This document shows positions 25,969 to 38,600 of a stretch of DNA of 64,000 nt, piece after piece. The notes below the pieces were generated by a model that was not told the origin of the DNA, searched no databases, and saw nothing but the letters and a program-made list of their open reading frames with translations. Source of the DNA: Mizuhopecten yessoensis (taxonomy: Eukaryota); NCBI RefSeq assembly GCF_002113885.1, contig NW_018406620.1, forward strand, positions 354,310 through 418,309, read 5' to 3'. Position numbers and translations under genes: made by a program. Every line of letters starts with the position of its first letter. Position 1 is the first letter of the stretch.

Positions 25969-28924
25969 ATGGCTCAGCTAGCATTACACGCGCTGACCGG
26001 GTTTCTGTCCCTGGTATACATAGCTATGGGGGTCGTCAAGCTGTATCCAGTATCACAACAAATGGCGTTCGCTGTTGTAAGTATATTTAATGTATTTTAT
26101 GTTGATTGTAATCTTTTGATCTGAAACTTTACACAATCGGGAACCGTCGGTACTTTCCGTAAACGAGAAAATAATACTCCCGAGGTATTTTCTCGATTAC
26201 GGAAAGTAACGACGGTTCCCGATTGAAACTTTACAGTGTATTTCGGTCGTATAGACAAAGACTTAGTGTTGACAAAGAAAAAAATACATGGTTAATGTGA
26301 AGTTTTCTGACATCGAAAACTCGATTCAAATACAATGTATTCATGTTTTTTTTAGTTTAAATCAATTTTATTGCAACAAAAGACAAATGGATTGGACAAA
26401 AGTTATTGCAACTTAGTACGTCCTTTCCGTAACAGAAAATATATATACAAAATTAATGAGTCTCGTAATAACCTAATACAAATTCATATATGTATATATA
26501 TATAAGATGTTAAAGATGGGTAACAGCAAAAGAGGGAATGATAGGATTAGGGACACCAACGTATAGTTTTAAAATATGTATTCGGAGAGTTTACTTGAGA
26601 TCGCGTGTGTGATTTTCCCAATCGAGTCCGCGTAAGTAGTATAACTAATCTATACACACATATCCTTCTGCTTTTCTGTATTCATGTGCTTAGAAGATAA
26701 TGCATATATATGCATATCGGCATTTATTTGGTCATATTGCACATCTTAAAGTGTTTGTAAGAAAGCAACAATTTTATCAGTTTACATATAAAACATGCGT
26801 TTTAAGTGGTTAGAGTTGTACAGTGGGTGGAATCTTATTTACTGCGTGCTCGTTTTCTAATATATCTACGTAAAATTCACCAATGAAATCATTTTCTGGT
26901 TCCCAACCGCCTGTGTTCGCTCTGATTCACAACCGCCTGTGTTCGCTCTGATTTACAACCGCCTACGCCTCGTTCTGTTATAGTAATTAAACGTTATAAA
27001 AAAGTGATTTTTTGGCAGGATGATGTAGTGCGATAAGTAAAACTAAATTCCCACACAGGTGTTTGCTATAGAGGTGGAGCCGATGTAGAGGTGGGGCCGA
27101 TGTAGACAGGTAGAGCCGATGTAGACAGGTAGCAGTGTGGTTTGTTGGTAGTGGTTTGTCCTACATTCATTATAGAATCTTTTTTATTAACGGAGATTTG
27201 AAAATATAGAAACAATGAAGGAATGGAGGAAAAATATGACCCCTCTTTAAAAACGTCAACATTTTTAGAACGTGTTGGCAAATGCATTAATTGATGGGCA
27301 TTATATATACTCATCCTACAGTTCTACAAAGTTTTGTTGTTTGGTTTTTAATATTTATACGTGGACTTGTCGACAATGTTTAGTTTTTGACAAGTGAACA
27401 AAGCTAATAGATAATACTAACATATCAGGTTACCTTAAAGAGCAATGACGCCGAGTTTGAACTGCAAATGACGACAAAGGGCGTTCCTATTTATAGAATG
27501 GTCAGTGTTAGTAGTACCATGTAGGACTATCGGTGATATGGTCATGACTAACGTTTTAAAATGTCTTCAGTTGATGGCTTATTAGCAAATATCGTGCATT
27601 ATCATGTTATTGGTGAAAATTGAACGTGTTAGTATATTTAGGGATGGTGCGGCGTCTTTTTGGTGTGTATTGCAAGGCATTTTTGGATGGTGTGTCAATA
27701 GTTGGCTGTTTGGAAGTGTCTGTCGGCATATATCGTTAATGGTAGACGTTGGTCTATTGTCTAGGAATATATGGACACATATGTTGCAATGGTGCAATTA
27801 CTTCTGCCGAAGTGTTCAAATAACTCTGGAAATAGGTCGTTATAATGGTAAGCGTTTATCTGTTACCGAAGAATATCTGGAAATATGTTGTTTGTGTAAG
27901 TGTTGCAATTTTGAAGTATCGCTGGATAGTGGATATACACAGTCCTGTGCCAAATAAGAGGTAACAAACTACTTTCCTGCATATTTCAAGATTTCTACAT
28001 CTTTTCAGTGAATTAAGTCATGAAACGAAAATTTGCAACATGAAACAGAATTGTTTAAACTTTTCTCTCACAATATTTGTTTTTCCCGCTTAGCGGTTTT
28101 TAAGATGTGGCAAATCATTCAAAGGACATTATTTCTGTTGTGCCAGTTTGTTCTTTATCTTTAGAAAATTTTATATCTAGCCCGGGGTTATCTTTTTTTT
28201 CAAATTTAAAAAAACGTATAATGAAAAAAATAACAAGAGAAAAAATAAGACGAATTTCTTTATGAGGCAAATTTTTTGTTTCAGTAGAGTTACACTTGTA
28301 CAGTGATTTCAGGAAAGTTTATTGAAATGATGAAGAAATGCATGAAAAGTACAGGAAAAACACGCTTGTGACACTCGATTTGACACAGAACTGAGACTGT
28401 ATGTCCAGATATACTTCAAAATCAAAACAAAAGTCCTAGTAGTCCTAATAGCAAAACCGTTTCCAGATATTCTGAAAACAATGGTCGGTTTTGCTGTTTT
28501 TGAAGTTTCTTAGGGTGTTTTATCCTCATCTTGTATGTTTCCCCGTCGTCTTTAGGTATTGAAATGCTGTGCTAAAGTATCTGTGGGCATTTTGTATCTG
28601 ATGTAGTATTTTCTCGCTTTGTTTCAGCAATTTCGCTGTATGTTGTACGCGTCTGTGTTTCCCAGCGCGTGGTTAGGATATACGCCAGACGATGGCTTGT
28701 ACCGGATACTGACGGGCATGTTCGAGTTGTCTTGTGGACTCGCTATGTTGTCATGGGACCGGGAACTACGCCTGGGAGGCTGTGGGGTCCTCGTGGCGAT
28801 CATGGCTCTCATGGTCTGGTCAGGGCTAGCACTAGGAGACTACTTTTTTGTCTTCTTTTATGTTGCCGGTTTACTCCTTCTGTCCTTTGTGTTTGTGAAG
28901 TTTTGGAAACAGAAGCAGGACTGA
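25969..28924 (+). CDS. TMEM35B: TMEM35B-like membrane protein, gene 2, 134 aa; exons 25969-26076 and 28628-28924
   Basis: MAQLALHALTGFLSLVYIAMGVVKLYP..AV|QFRCMLYASVFPSAWLGYTPDDGLYRILTGMFELSCG..WKQKQD*. Its 108-nt first exon and phase-0 intron match gene 1 in size and position. Donor GTAAGT, acceptor TTTCAG. Confidence 0.8.
26134..26225. mobile_element. 92-bp palindromic MITE, CAATC...GATTG, 10-bp TSD
   Basis: Near-perfect hairpin flanked on both sides by AAACTTTACA (26124-26133 and 26226-26235). Confidence 0.85.
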
Positions 28925-30515
28925 GTTGAATTCTGGTGTAGAACTGATTAATTCCTGCAGTACTAGACGCATTTTTCAAAGGATGATATTTTGTAGCGTT
29001 TTCTAGCTGGGTCAGGATCGATCAGATGCCGATCAAGACATCATTGAATGCAAACGCACAGCATTGGAAACTGGACGTGTTCCTGTCATATCAGCCATCT
29101 ACCCATCTCGGTACACTAACATGTGTTCTGGTTAGATCCACACGTACTGTAGATTCGAATTTTGTGTCTTGTTAAAAGTATTTAGAATACTGCAAATAAC
29201 TTAACTTTTGCGGATATTTATTTTCGAATCTATTTGTCCAATGACATAACCACGAAGATTTGAATTCACAAAAGGAAACCGAACGCTCGTTTTTTCTGTT
29301 TTCTTGTGCCAGAATACAAATACAAATTTCTGGATATTTAAATAAGTGATCGCCTTTCTTCGCGAGCTAACGCGAAAATTTATTTTTCGAGAAAACAAAG
29401 TGATCTACAGACAGTATTGTTTGTGAAGTCAGTTTCGCTACAATTATAAAGTATTTGTTGTTATATTTTCACTGACTGCAATTAAAAATTCAATGATATC
29501 ATACAACATTTATATTTATAAATACATGTATACCTCTAATATATTAGATAAATAAATAAAAGAAGTTTATGTAAAAAAAAACCACTTTTGTTATTATGAT
29601 CACCATGCATGCACCTCGAAGTATATCTCTATACATTGTTGCTACACACTTCCAGGCTTATAAATTCGTCTTTTGAATGAAGAATAAAACCAATTTAAAA
29701 AGACAACAAAAAAAACCCCACACCAATTTAACTAATAATTGATTATTTTGGCTGAATGTTAGGAGCTTGACAAAACAAAAAATTGACGTTTCTCAGTTCT
29801 ATAAACTCGATAACATGTATTAATTAATCAAAAATGGTTTGTTTAATTCAATCATGAAATTTAAAGGAATTTTTTTTTTAAAAGATAAAGATCAATTCCC
29901 GCTAAAAATCCTATTCTCGGAAAACTTGTAACGAAAAATATTTACAAAAAAATAAATCAGTTTTGCTATGAATTTGAGCATTTAGGCGTAGACGGTGAAT
30001 GTATTGCACAGGGAAGATTCATTCGAATACGTGTACTATGTTGCTTAGTATATAAAACATTCTATATTTCTTTCGTATGTCGTTTTGTTATTGTTATTGT
30101 GCTGCTTTTTACGGCCCATTGTCAATTTTAAGTTTATCATTTATTCAATTAATATTATTCATCCACGACATTCTAAGGGACTACGCTTATATACGTTCTC
30201 TTTGTCCCGTGAATATGTCATGATGAAATCGAAGGCTGTATACAAACCATCTTATGGATGATATAAACAGACCGTTTTTACCTTTTCGTTGTGCATCAAA
30301 AGAATCGCGCGGCGACGTAACGGTAAACTCGACTGACTTTACAATCTGGTGTCGATCCTCTGTAATCTTCAAAGTAGCAGCCTAGCGACTGTCTTTTTCA
30401 CCTGAAATTAAACAAAAAGTTAACCGCTTGCCTTCGATTTCACCATGACATACTACAGGGGTGCAGAGAAACCTATTTGAGGCTATCCCTAGAATTGGAT
30501 GATATGGGTTAAGTG

Positions 30516-30589
30516 CAATAAAGAACCGTCAACAATTTCCGTAAACGAGTAAATATTTTGTTTACGGAAAGTGTCGATGGTTCCGATAG
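30516..30589. mobile_element. Older copy of the 26134 palindromic MITE
   Basis: GAACCGTC..TTTCCGTAAACGAG..TTTACGGAAAGT..CGATGGTTCC matches both arms of 26134-26225. Confidence 0.7.
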
Positions 30590-30638
30590 GGTTTTAGACT
30601 GATGTTCTGATTGCCGTTATATTTTCGCTGATTTACAG

Positions 30639-30971
30639 ACTAGATCGTTCCAAGCCTACGCGAAAGTGTGCCCAACCGTCCTGTTCGGATACATCCCCGA
30701 GCCGCAGAAGTACCACATGACTATAGGAGTCTGGGAGGCTTGCTGTGGACTCGCCCTACTGGTAGGGGACCGGGAACTGAAACAAGGCGCTTCCGGTATT
30801 CTCCTAGTAATCATGGGCGTGATGATTACATCTAACGTCATCATCAAAGACTACTCGACCATGTTCTTCTTTGCTATGCATTTCTTTTTTCTCTCGTTCC
30901 TTTTTGCTAAATATCGTCGGAGGTCGCAACCAGTAAAAACAGAGGAAGAGGAGAATTTCAAGAAGGAATGA
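30639..30971 (+). CDS. TMEM35B: Third TMEM35B-like terminal coding exon with no first exon of its own found (probable alternative last exon of gene 2; 146 aa if joined to 25969-26076)
   Basis: TTTACAG| acceptor, phase 0; TRSFQAYAKVCPTVLFGYIPEPQKYHMTIGVWEACCGLALLVGDRELK..IMG..ENFKKE*. Same register as the other two terminal exons, intact frame; AATAAA at 31143. Confidence 0.75.
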   Translation, partial: TRSFQAYAKVCPTVLFGYIPEPQKYHMTIGVWEACCGLALLVGDRELKQGASGILLVIMGVMITSNVIIKDYSTMFFFAMHFFFLSFLFAKYRRRSQPVKTEEEENFKKE

Positions 30972-31529
30972 TCATGATTAGTACATTTAAATAATCATTA
31001 AAAAAAGCGCAATGTAAATTTTGAACATTTATAATTTATCCTGGCAAAGACAATATAATATAAAAGGAGCTGGACTTTGGATATGGGCTTCTCTGGTGAT
31101 CGCTAGGCAAAACAATTATATACATGTACATAAAGTCTCGAAAATAAAAAAAGTTTGATACTTTAGCTGTTCCTCAAGGTTCTGTACTTGGTCGCACTGC
31201 ATTTCTCCAACATTACGGACTATTTTTTAATTTTGAGTGAAATTATGAAAGTTATAAAGAACACGTCAACATTTTGGAAATACAATCTAGTGGATGTAAA
31301 TTCTTCTCCGGGAAACATTACCAGGTCAATGATACGTTTAACTCTTCTTGCCAACATAAACGGGAGATTCAAACATATGTTAACCCAACAATCTTTTATG
31401 GTCATTACATACGCATGATTTATAACTAACTGCATTACCTTTAAATTAAACCTTCTAAAATATGAATTAAGAATCGTTTTATCAATGCAGATTAGATATA
31501 ATGGAGGGTTGATATAGTACATATATATT

Positions 31530-32060
31530 AGGGTGACAGTAGATGTGTATGTGGGTGACTGTAGATGTGTATGTAGTGACAGTAGATGTGTATGTGGGTG
31601 ACTGTATATGTGTATGTAGTGACAGTAGATATGTATAAGGGTGACAGTAGATATGTATGAGGGTGACAGTAGATGTGTATGTGGGTGACTGTAGATGTGT
31701 ATGAGGTTGACAGTAGATATGTATGAGGGTGACAGTAGATGTGTATGAGGTTGACATTAGATATGTACAAGGGTGCAAGTAAATATGTATAAGGGTGACA
31801 GTAGACGTGTATGAGGGTGACAGTAGATGTGTATGCAGTTGACATTAGATATGTACAAGGGTGCAAGTAAATATGTATGAGGATGATATTAGATATGTAC
31901 ACGGGTGCAGAAGAAATGTATAAGGGTGACAGAAGATATGTATGAGGGTGACAGAAGATATATATAAGGGTGACAGTAGATGTGTATGAGGGCGACAGTA
32001 GATATGTATGAGGGTGACAGTAAACATGTATGAGGGTGATATTAGATGTAGTGTAATAAG
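31530..32060. repeat. 22-bp minisatellite (GAGGGTGACAGTAGATGTGTAT)n
   Basis: More than 20 degenerate tandem units; source of the minus-strand repeat ORFs. Confidence 0.93.
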
Positions 32061-32201
32061 GACAGTGTAAATACTATTTATTGTCACTGAATTTTTCTGT
32101 TGCCTTTGTTTCATATTAAAAAATTCATAAATTAAAACAACAACCTTTATTTCTATGACAGCATTATTTTTTTTATGTGAAACCTGTCAACTGTAACCAG
32201 A

Positions 32202-32956
32202 TTTTTGTGTCGCCTGCGAAAAGCTGGTGACACATAGGTATTGCTTTGTCGGTGGCGTCATCGTCCGAACAGAGGTTTCCGTGTGATTACTTAAGTTTTC
32301 TTGGGCCGATCAAACTCAAACTTCATGCAGTGCTTCCTTACCAAAAGTGCTTGCTTGGGATTGCTTTTCGGGTCCGAAGGTCAAAGGTCAAGGTCACTGT
32401 TACTATAAATAGAAAATCTGTTTTCGTGCGATAACTTGAGTTTCCTTGGGCCGATCAAACTTAAACTTCATGCAGTGCTTCCTTACCAAAAGTGCTTGCT
32501 TGGGATTGCTTTTCGGGTCCGAAGGTCAAAGGTCAAGGTCACTGTTACTATAAATAGAAACTTCACTAAAACTGTATACTGGACGGCTTCGATCTGCCAC
32601 TTGACCCACCGTGTATACCTCTGAAATGCCGTCTTACTCCAAATGTTATTGACAACACGAGCTGTTTAACATCATAATCCACAAGTTTTTTCATTTATTT
32701 ATGGGAAACCATCCGACAAATCATACAAATTAAACTTGGAATCGAGACAATGAGTATCTATAGCAAGTTCCTTAAAACTCAGAGTATTCTTCCCAGAATA
32801 ACAGTTTATATAACAAAATGATGCCATCCAAAAACATAATCTATGATTATTGCTTACTTTTAACATTATTTCTTGAAATGAAAAGTGTATCTATTTCTTC
32901 GTAATCTCCCAGCTTCCTGCGCAGGCAACACATCCACTTCCGTGGAATTCTTGTTT
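32202..32956 (+). mobile_element. Second-family HINE/Helentron-like element with a duplicated internal unit
   Basis: TTTTTGTGTCGCCTGCG start; GCGCAGGCAACACA plus hairpin TTCCGTGGAA and TTCTTGTT end; two ~147-bp near-identical units. Confidence 0.7.
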
Positions 32957-35695
32957 ATTTATTTTTTGGGTTTTTTTTTTTTGGGGGGGGGGGGGGGAGT
33001 TTAGAATTTGCTTTGTTGAAAAAGTTTTTTTTTATGGTTTTGAAAGTGACCTTTATTTTGTATGCATGCAATCAAAGAATGAAAAATTCAATTAAATGGG
33101 ATTTACTTGAATATCAACTTTGTTTTGTTTAATTACATTACGTCACATTTCTTCAGTTTTATGTAAGTTGATGAAGTACATACAATACTGAATAGGAAGA
33201 AACATCAGTGTATACAATACTACATTATATAATTAGTTCATGGAGGATTCATGTGGACATGAACACATCAGTTTTGCAAAGATAATGAAAACAACCTATC
33301 ATACTTGGTCTCATTTTCAAAGTCATCCGATTAAATTCTCAATATATAATAGCTTGACGTAAGTGAGCAATGCCCCAGGAATTAAAAGGATGACCAATGC
33401 CATATACCATCAGTGACTAAACTAACAAGCTTACACCATAAATTAGTCTTATTTCATTTATTATAAAATATATGTATATTACAGACATCAAAGGTACATG
33501 TATGTGGATCTACAAAACACCCTAAATTTAAATTGTGAAAAAAATGATATTAATGGTCAGCTGACACGAAAAATGGACTTCTCAGAATTTTTCGCACATA
33601 ATGAAGATTACAACAGAAATAGAGACATTCAAAAGTGTGAGCTTAAATACTCTAAAAAGGGAGATAATTTTTACATTTCATAGACATTGACTTTTCTCTA
33701 TTTTCCATGTTATTATTAAACCAACTGTCACATCAGCTCTTTGACAAGTACAATACACCAGATAATGGATATCTCTCATTTTCTACCCCCAAATCTCGAA
33801 ATTTGCCATAGACTCCAAGACTTATTTTTTGAAGTAGACTTATTTTCGAAGCAATTTAGAAGATAAGACATGTACAGCTCAATTTCATGGCTGTCCTACT
33901 GCAAAAGCCTTTCCTGAACTGGCCTTGCAATTATAAGTCTTGGTTATGTAATTATATGTTTAAATATGTGTGTATTACTATAGTATATGTTATATTTCAA
34001 AGAAGTTGAAGAAAAAACCCCACCTATTATTAGGTGTATTGTAGAAATATTTGGAAATGTAGATACATGCTTTGCAAATGATTTTTCATTGTTGCAAGAC
34101 ATATACAAACAGCATAGTACACTGGTATGTAGTGTATACATGAATAGGGTTAGTGACAACATGGAAAATTATCAGATGACTTATTTTGAAATATACAGAA
34201 GGAATCCTAGGCATATTTTCGAGGCCGGCATTTTTTTTTCTCCTTTCAGACTTATTATCAAGATTTCAGGGTGTCACAACCAAAGTTAAAAAAACTGTTA
34301 AACCTGAGAAAATAACAATCTTTATAAAAGATAAAAACTTTCGTTTCTCTATCAGTACAAACAATTCAGGGTATGGTCTCTAAATTTTGATATATAGATA
34401 AGTAACAAAGTAAATAAGAATATAAGACTGTTTCATGCCCTGGGCTGTATGATATGGAAATTCCATCCAGGCCAAGGAATTTCTGAATAGGGTAAGCCCT
34501 GAAGCTTGCCAACAGTTTTGCACCATTTTGAAAACCCTGTGGTTGGAATTTCTCTACCTTACACCCTAGCATGTAAAACAGTATTTTCCCCTCGTTCCAA
34601 TCACCAGAACTAGTTCAGAAACTACAAAAAGTGTCACTGTTTCCACATCGACACATCAGAATGTTCCCAACTTGGTGAAGTCATGTCATTGTTGTTCCAT
34701 GGTGACATTAACCACATGATATAGGGAACAAGGTATAAATTTCTTGCACACTTTTCTTTCCTTGCACAGTTCTATCATATGCACACAGGGGTGAGATAAA
34801 ACACAATTCAAGTAAAAATTGATGGACTACATTTACGTTTGATCAAAAGCTATTCATAAAATCTCACAAAAACGATTGGTCCCAAATTTGTTTGCTAAAA
34901 ACAGAAACAAATGGATGCCAAGATTAAACTCTGCACAAAAACAATTAACAAACTGCAAGTGATGTTGGGTAAAAAGATTAAACTATACACTGTCATGTCA
35001 ACAAAGCCCTGCAGTTTGCCTGTGAGGTAATCGTAAAGAGCAGTCACATCAGGTGGTTTTAAAATGTCTTCTCATTATGACACTTATGACACAGAACACA
35101 ATACATCTCCAGCAAAAACGCAGTCATACACATATAAGGAGATATTAGCCAGGTGGCATAGGACTAGTAGTTTGCTCTCAACAATAGTTTTTATTTTTTA
35201 AATTAAATGTTTCATGAACCAGATTCTGTAGTTATATATTGTTAATCTGAAGTATACATTATATATAAATCTACAAGGAAGGATGTTTAAATGTGAACTT
35301 GCGTTATTTCTTCATTGATTCAGTGCACACACATACACCTTTAATTAGTAATTTTGTATGTTTCCAAACACAATATGTATTCCTGCTCAACAACAATTTC
35401 AAGGAGTGTCTGAAGTTACCGATTATTTATATTTGAACTACCTGGTAATCTCTTTACCCTAAGAAATCCTAACCAGTGAATAAAATAATTAAGAATAAAC
35501 AGCAAATACTGGAAATTACAAAAAGTGGATTGCCCCTGGAAAAACTTTTACCTAAAGACTTTCATTGGTCCTGGATAAAAATGATAAAACTTGCAAATTG
35601 ATTTTCCCGTTTTACACATATATATTGCAGAAATATCACAAGTCAGCTTGGATTGAAGTGCGTCACCAATCTTCTGAAATCACTATGGCTGTTTG

Positions 35696-38600
35696 TTATC
35701 TGTCTGCCCCAGACCTAACATCTGAGGATTCCAGAGTTTTCCCATTCTTAAGTCCATGTTTCTCCAGTAAATCTGATGTAGGTCGTAGAGCACTAAAACA
35801 AGCATAAAAACACAATTCAGGCACATCACTATAAAGGGAAAAAGGCTAAATAAATAATTTTGTGTTTCCGGTTACCCTACCTACCAACATTTTTCGTGCC
35901 AACCCTCACCTTTTTCAGGCCACTGTCAAAGATGCACTTATAAATTTAAGTCAAGAATTAAAAATAACTCCTATTTAAACTGAAATTATTTTTAGAAATA
36001 AAATTTGTAACCTTCATGTACCTATCCCAATTTTTTCAAATATGTTACAGGAAACATATTCATTTTTATGTTTGGCCTTGAGTATACTGTAATTTTAAAG
36101 GAAAAATACCAGTATGTTTCTGGTTATTGGTACATATATCAGTAATTATATTCCAGGCTCCAAAAAACTAAGACAATTTTTATTTCAAGGATCTCTGTAC
36201 CACAGAGACCTGAGAATTTGTTACAGCTATATTAGGACCTAAACTAAGGTGTTCAGAGTAATTTTACATGTTTTAGGGGTTTAGATCGACTTTCGGAAAA
36301 AAACTTTTTTAATATCAATGAGGTTGACGTCAGCCGCATGCCGAGACCCATGGTGTGATTGGGTGGAAGTGCAAGTTTCGCTAGACCAACCAACAGTGCA
36401 TACTTCAGCATGCGCTGACGTCAACCTCGTTAATATTAAAAAAAAAGTGTCAGGCTGCGAAAAACTCCGAAATGGTGTGTGTTTTTGGAGGAAACAGAGT
36501 TCATGTCCGCAGAAGGAGAATACAGTTTACGTGCATATAGGAGGTTTTTAAAAGAAAAATATTCCATCTTTCCAACAGTACTTAGCATTTTCCCGTTGAT
36601 CAACTAGAAATGTTGTTTTCCTCCCTTCTTCTTTATATGATCATTGGGGGTGTCATTTTTACTGAAAGTCGATCTAAACCCCTCAAACATGTAAAATTAC
36701 TCTGATCACCTTAGTTTAGGTCCAAATATAGCTGTAATAAATTCTCAGGTCCCTGTGCTCTGTACCACTGCCAATAACGGCAACTATATATTGAAAAAGG
36801 TGTGTTTTTCATCATGACTACCTTAGTATAGCATTGATATATCCTCTCTAAACATGATATAGGGAAAATAATAAAGACTACATATGTAATTGTAAATAGA
36901 GAATAATACATGCCTTTTTCCATATCACACCCAGTATCAACCCGAGACTGCAATATCAGCCCAAGGGCCGAAGGCACGAGGGCTGATATTGGTCAAGGGT
37001 TGATACTGGGTGTTATATGGAAAAAGGCGTGTGTTTTATTCTGTTTATTACATACCTACTAAAAACTACTATCTTATGATTTATTTTTATTTTTGAAATA
37101 TTGAAAAACGTTTTTTTTCCCCAAAAGGGGTGTGATATGGGTTTTGCGGGCTGCTACAGGTTTTGGGGTGTGATACGGCGAGGGCTGATATGGGTAAGAG
37201 CAATTGTGTCGTATCGCATATACAAAAAACCCGTATTTATTAGTAAGTATGTATTAAATTAATTTATACAGACAATAAAAATCTGTTTGGCAATTAATCA
37301 CTGAAAAATGATGATAAATCAGTGATTATACTTTCCTTATGAAATAAATCCCTCAACGGTCACCCAAATGCAAAAGAACTCTTATGAGCATAATATTTTG
37401 ACCTGGTCATATTGTGCAATATTGAATCCCAACAAACTAGCTATAGTTCGGAACAACCACAAAATATTACCTAACTACACGAAATTAAACAGTATAGTAT
37501 CAATGTTACTATAGACATCATGTTGGTTTAAATATTATTTGCAGAATGGTATCAGAAGATTTTGTAATACCACATCAATGCCAATGGGAATAGCATAATG
37601 AAGCAAATTTTATGTTTTTGTAGAGCTCTAGGGCTGCTTTTGTTTATTGCAATCTTAAAAGTTGGACCAGAGTTGTTCGTTTATGAAATAAGGTCCGACC
37701 TGATAATATGATGCTGTTTTGAGGCGAGCCTTAACAAAGCCTAGAAGGCCTGCATAAACATTTGCAGGTCAGCCAGGATTTATACCCGAAGATGTTTCAT
37801 TTAAAAACGGACAAACCAGTTGTTCTGCATACATGAACAGGCTCTAGAAAATTAACCATACAAAAATCCAACTCAATAAAACTCTTTATCATTTCATAAT
37901 CAATGATGATTTTGTGAGAGGTTTATTGAAGCTGAATATTCTGAAATCTCAAGACTACCTGCCATCCCGTATGATTTTGAAGACTCCCGTCTGTGACAGA
38001 TCTACAACGGTCGACCCCTGCCGAGACTCTGTTGTGTTTCCCAGCATTCCTCCGTCAAATACCAAATCTAATACCGGCCACAACTCGCGAAACTCCTGTA
38101 AAATATTCAAACCATTATTTTAATGTGTTGTTAGGTCCGCTCATTTAAAATACTTCTATTGTGTCTGTCTATGCTACATAAGACTCTTAACTTGTCACTT
38201 GGTTACATTAATATGTAAAACAGATCTATAATGTTATAACACCATTTTTTATTATTTTGTGTATATCGCCAAGCAAAAAATATTTTGTGTTTCCAGGGAC
38301 ACTACCTAAGTTTCAGTGCCTCTCTGAACTTTTTAGTCAATTTTCAAAGAAGCAATTGTATGTCAAGGTCACTCTCCTATCCTATATAAGACATATAAAA
38401 GTATTTTTGAAAATAAAATTTGCTACCAAACCTATATTTTTCATACATGTTACAGGAAACAAATGTTTTGGTTGATTGACCTAGTGAAGATTTCATTAGA
38501 CCAAACAATCAAATAATGTGTTTCAGAAGCCACAGAAGCACAGACACAGCATTGGCGGTTGATATTCTAATAATAGCTAGAACTAAAATGTAAGTAAACA

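Noticed and set aside
31482-32114. His/Tyr/Thr-rich minus-strand ORFs resembling shell or adhesive proteins
   Set aside because: Translations of a 22-bp minisatellite that shifts frame every unit; no signal peptide or splice context.
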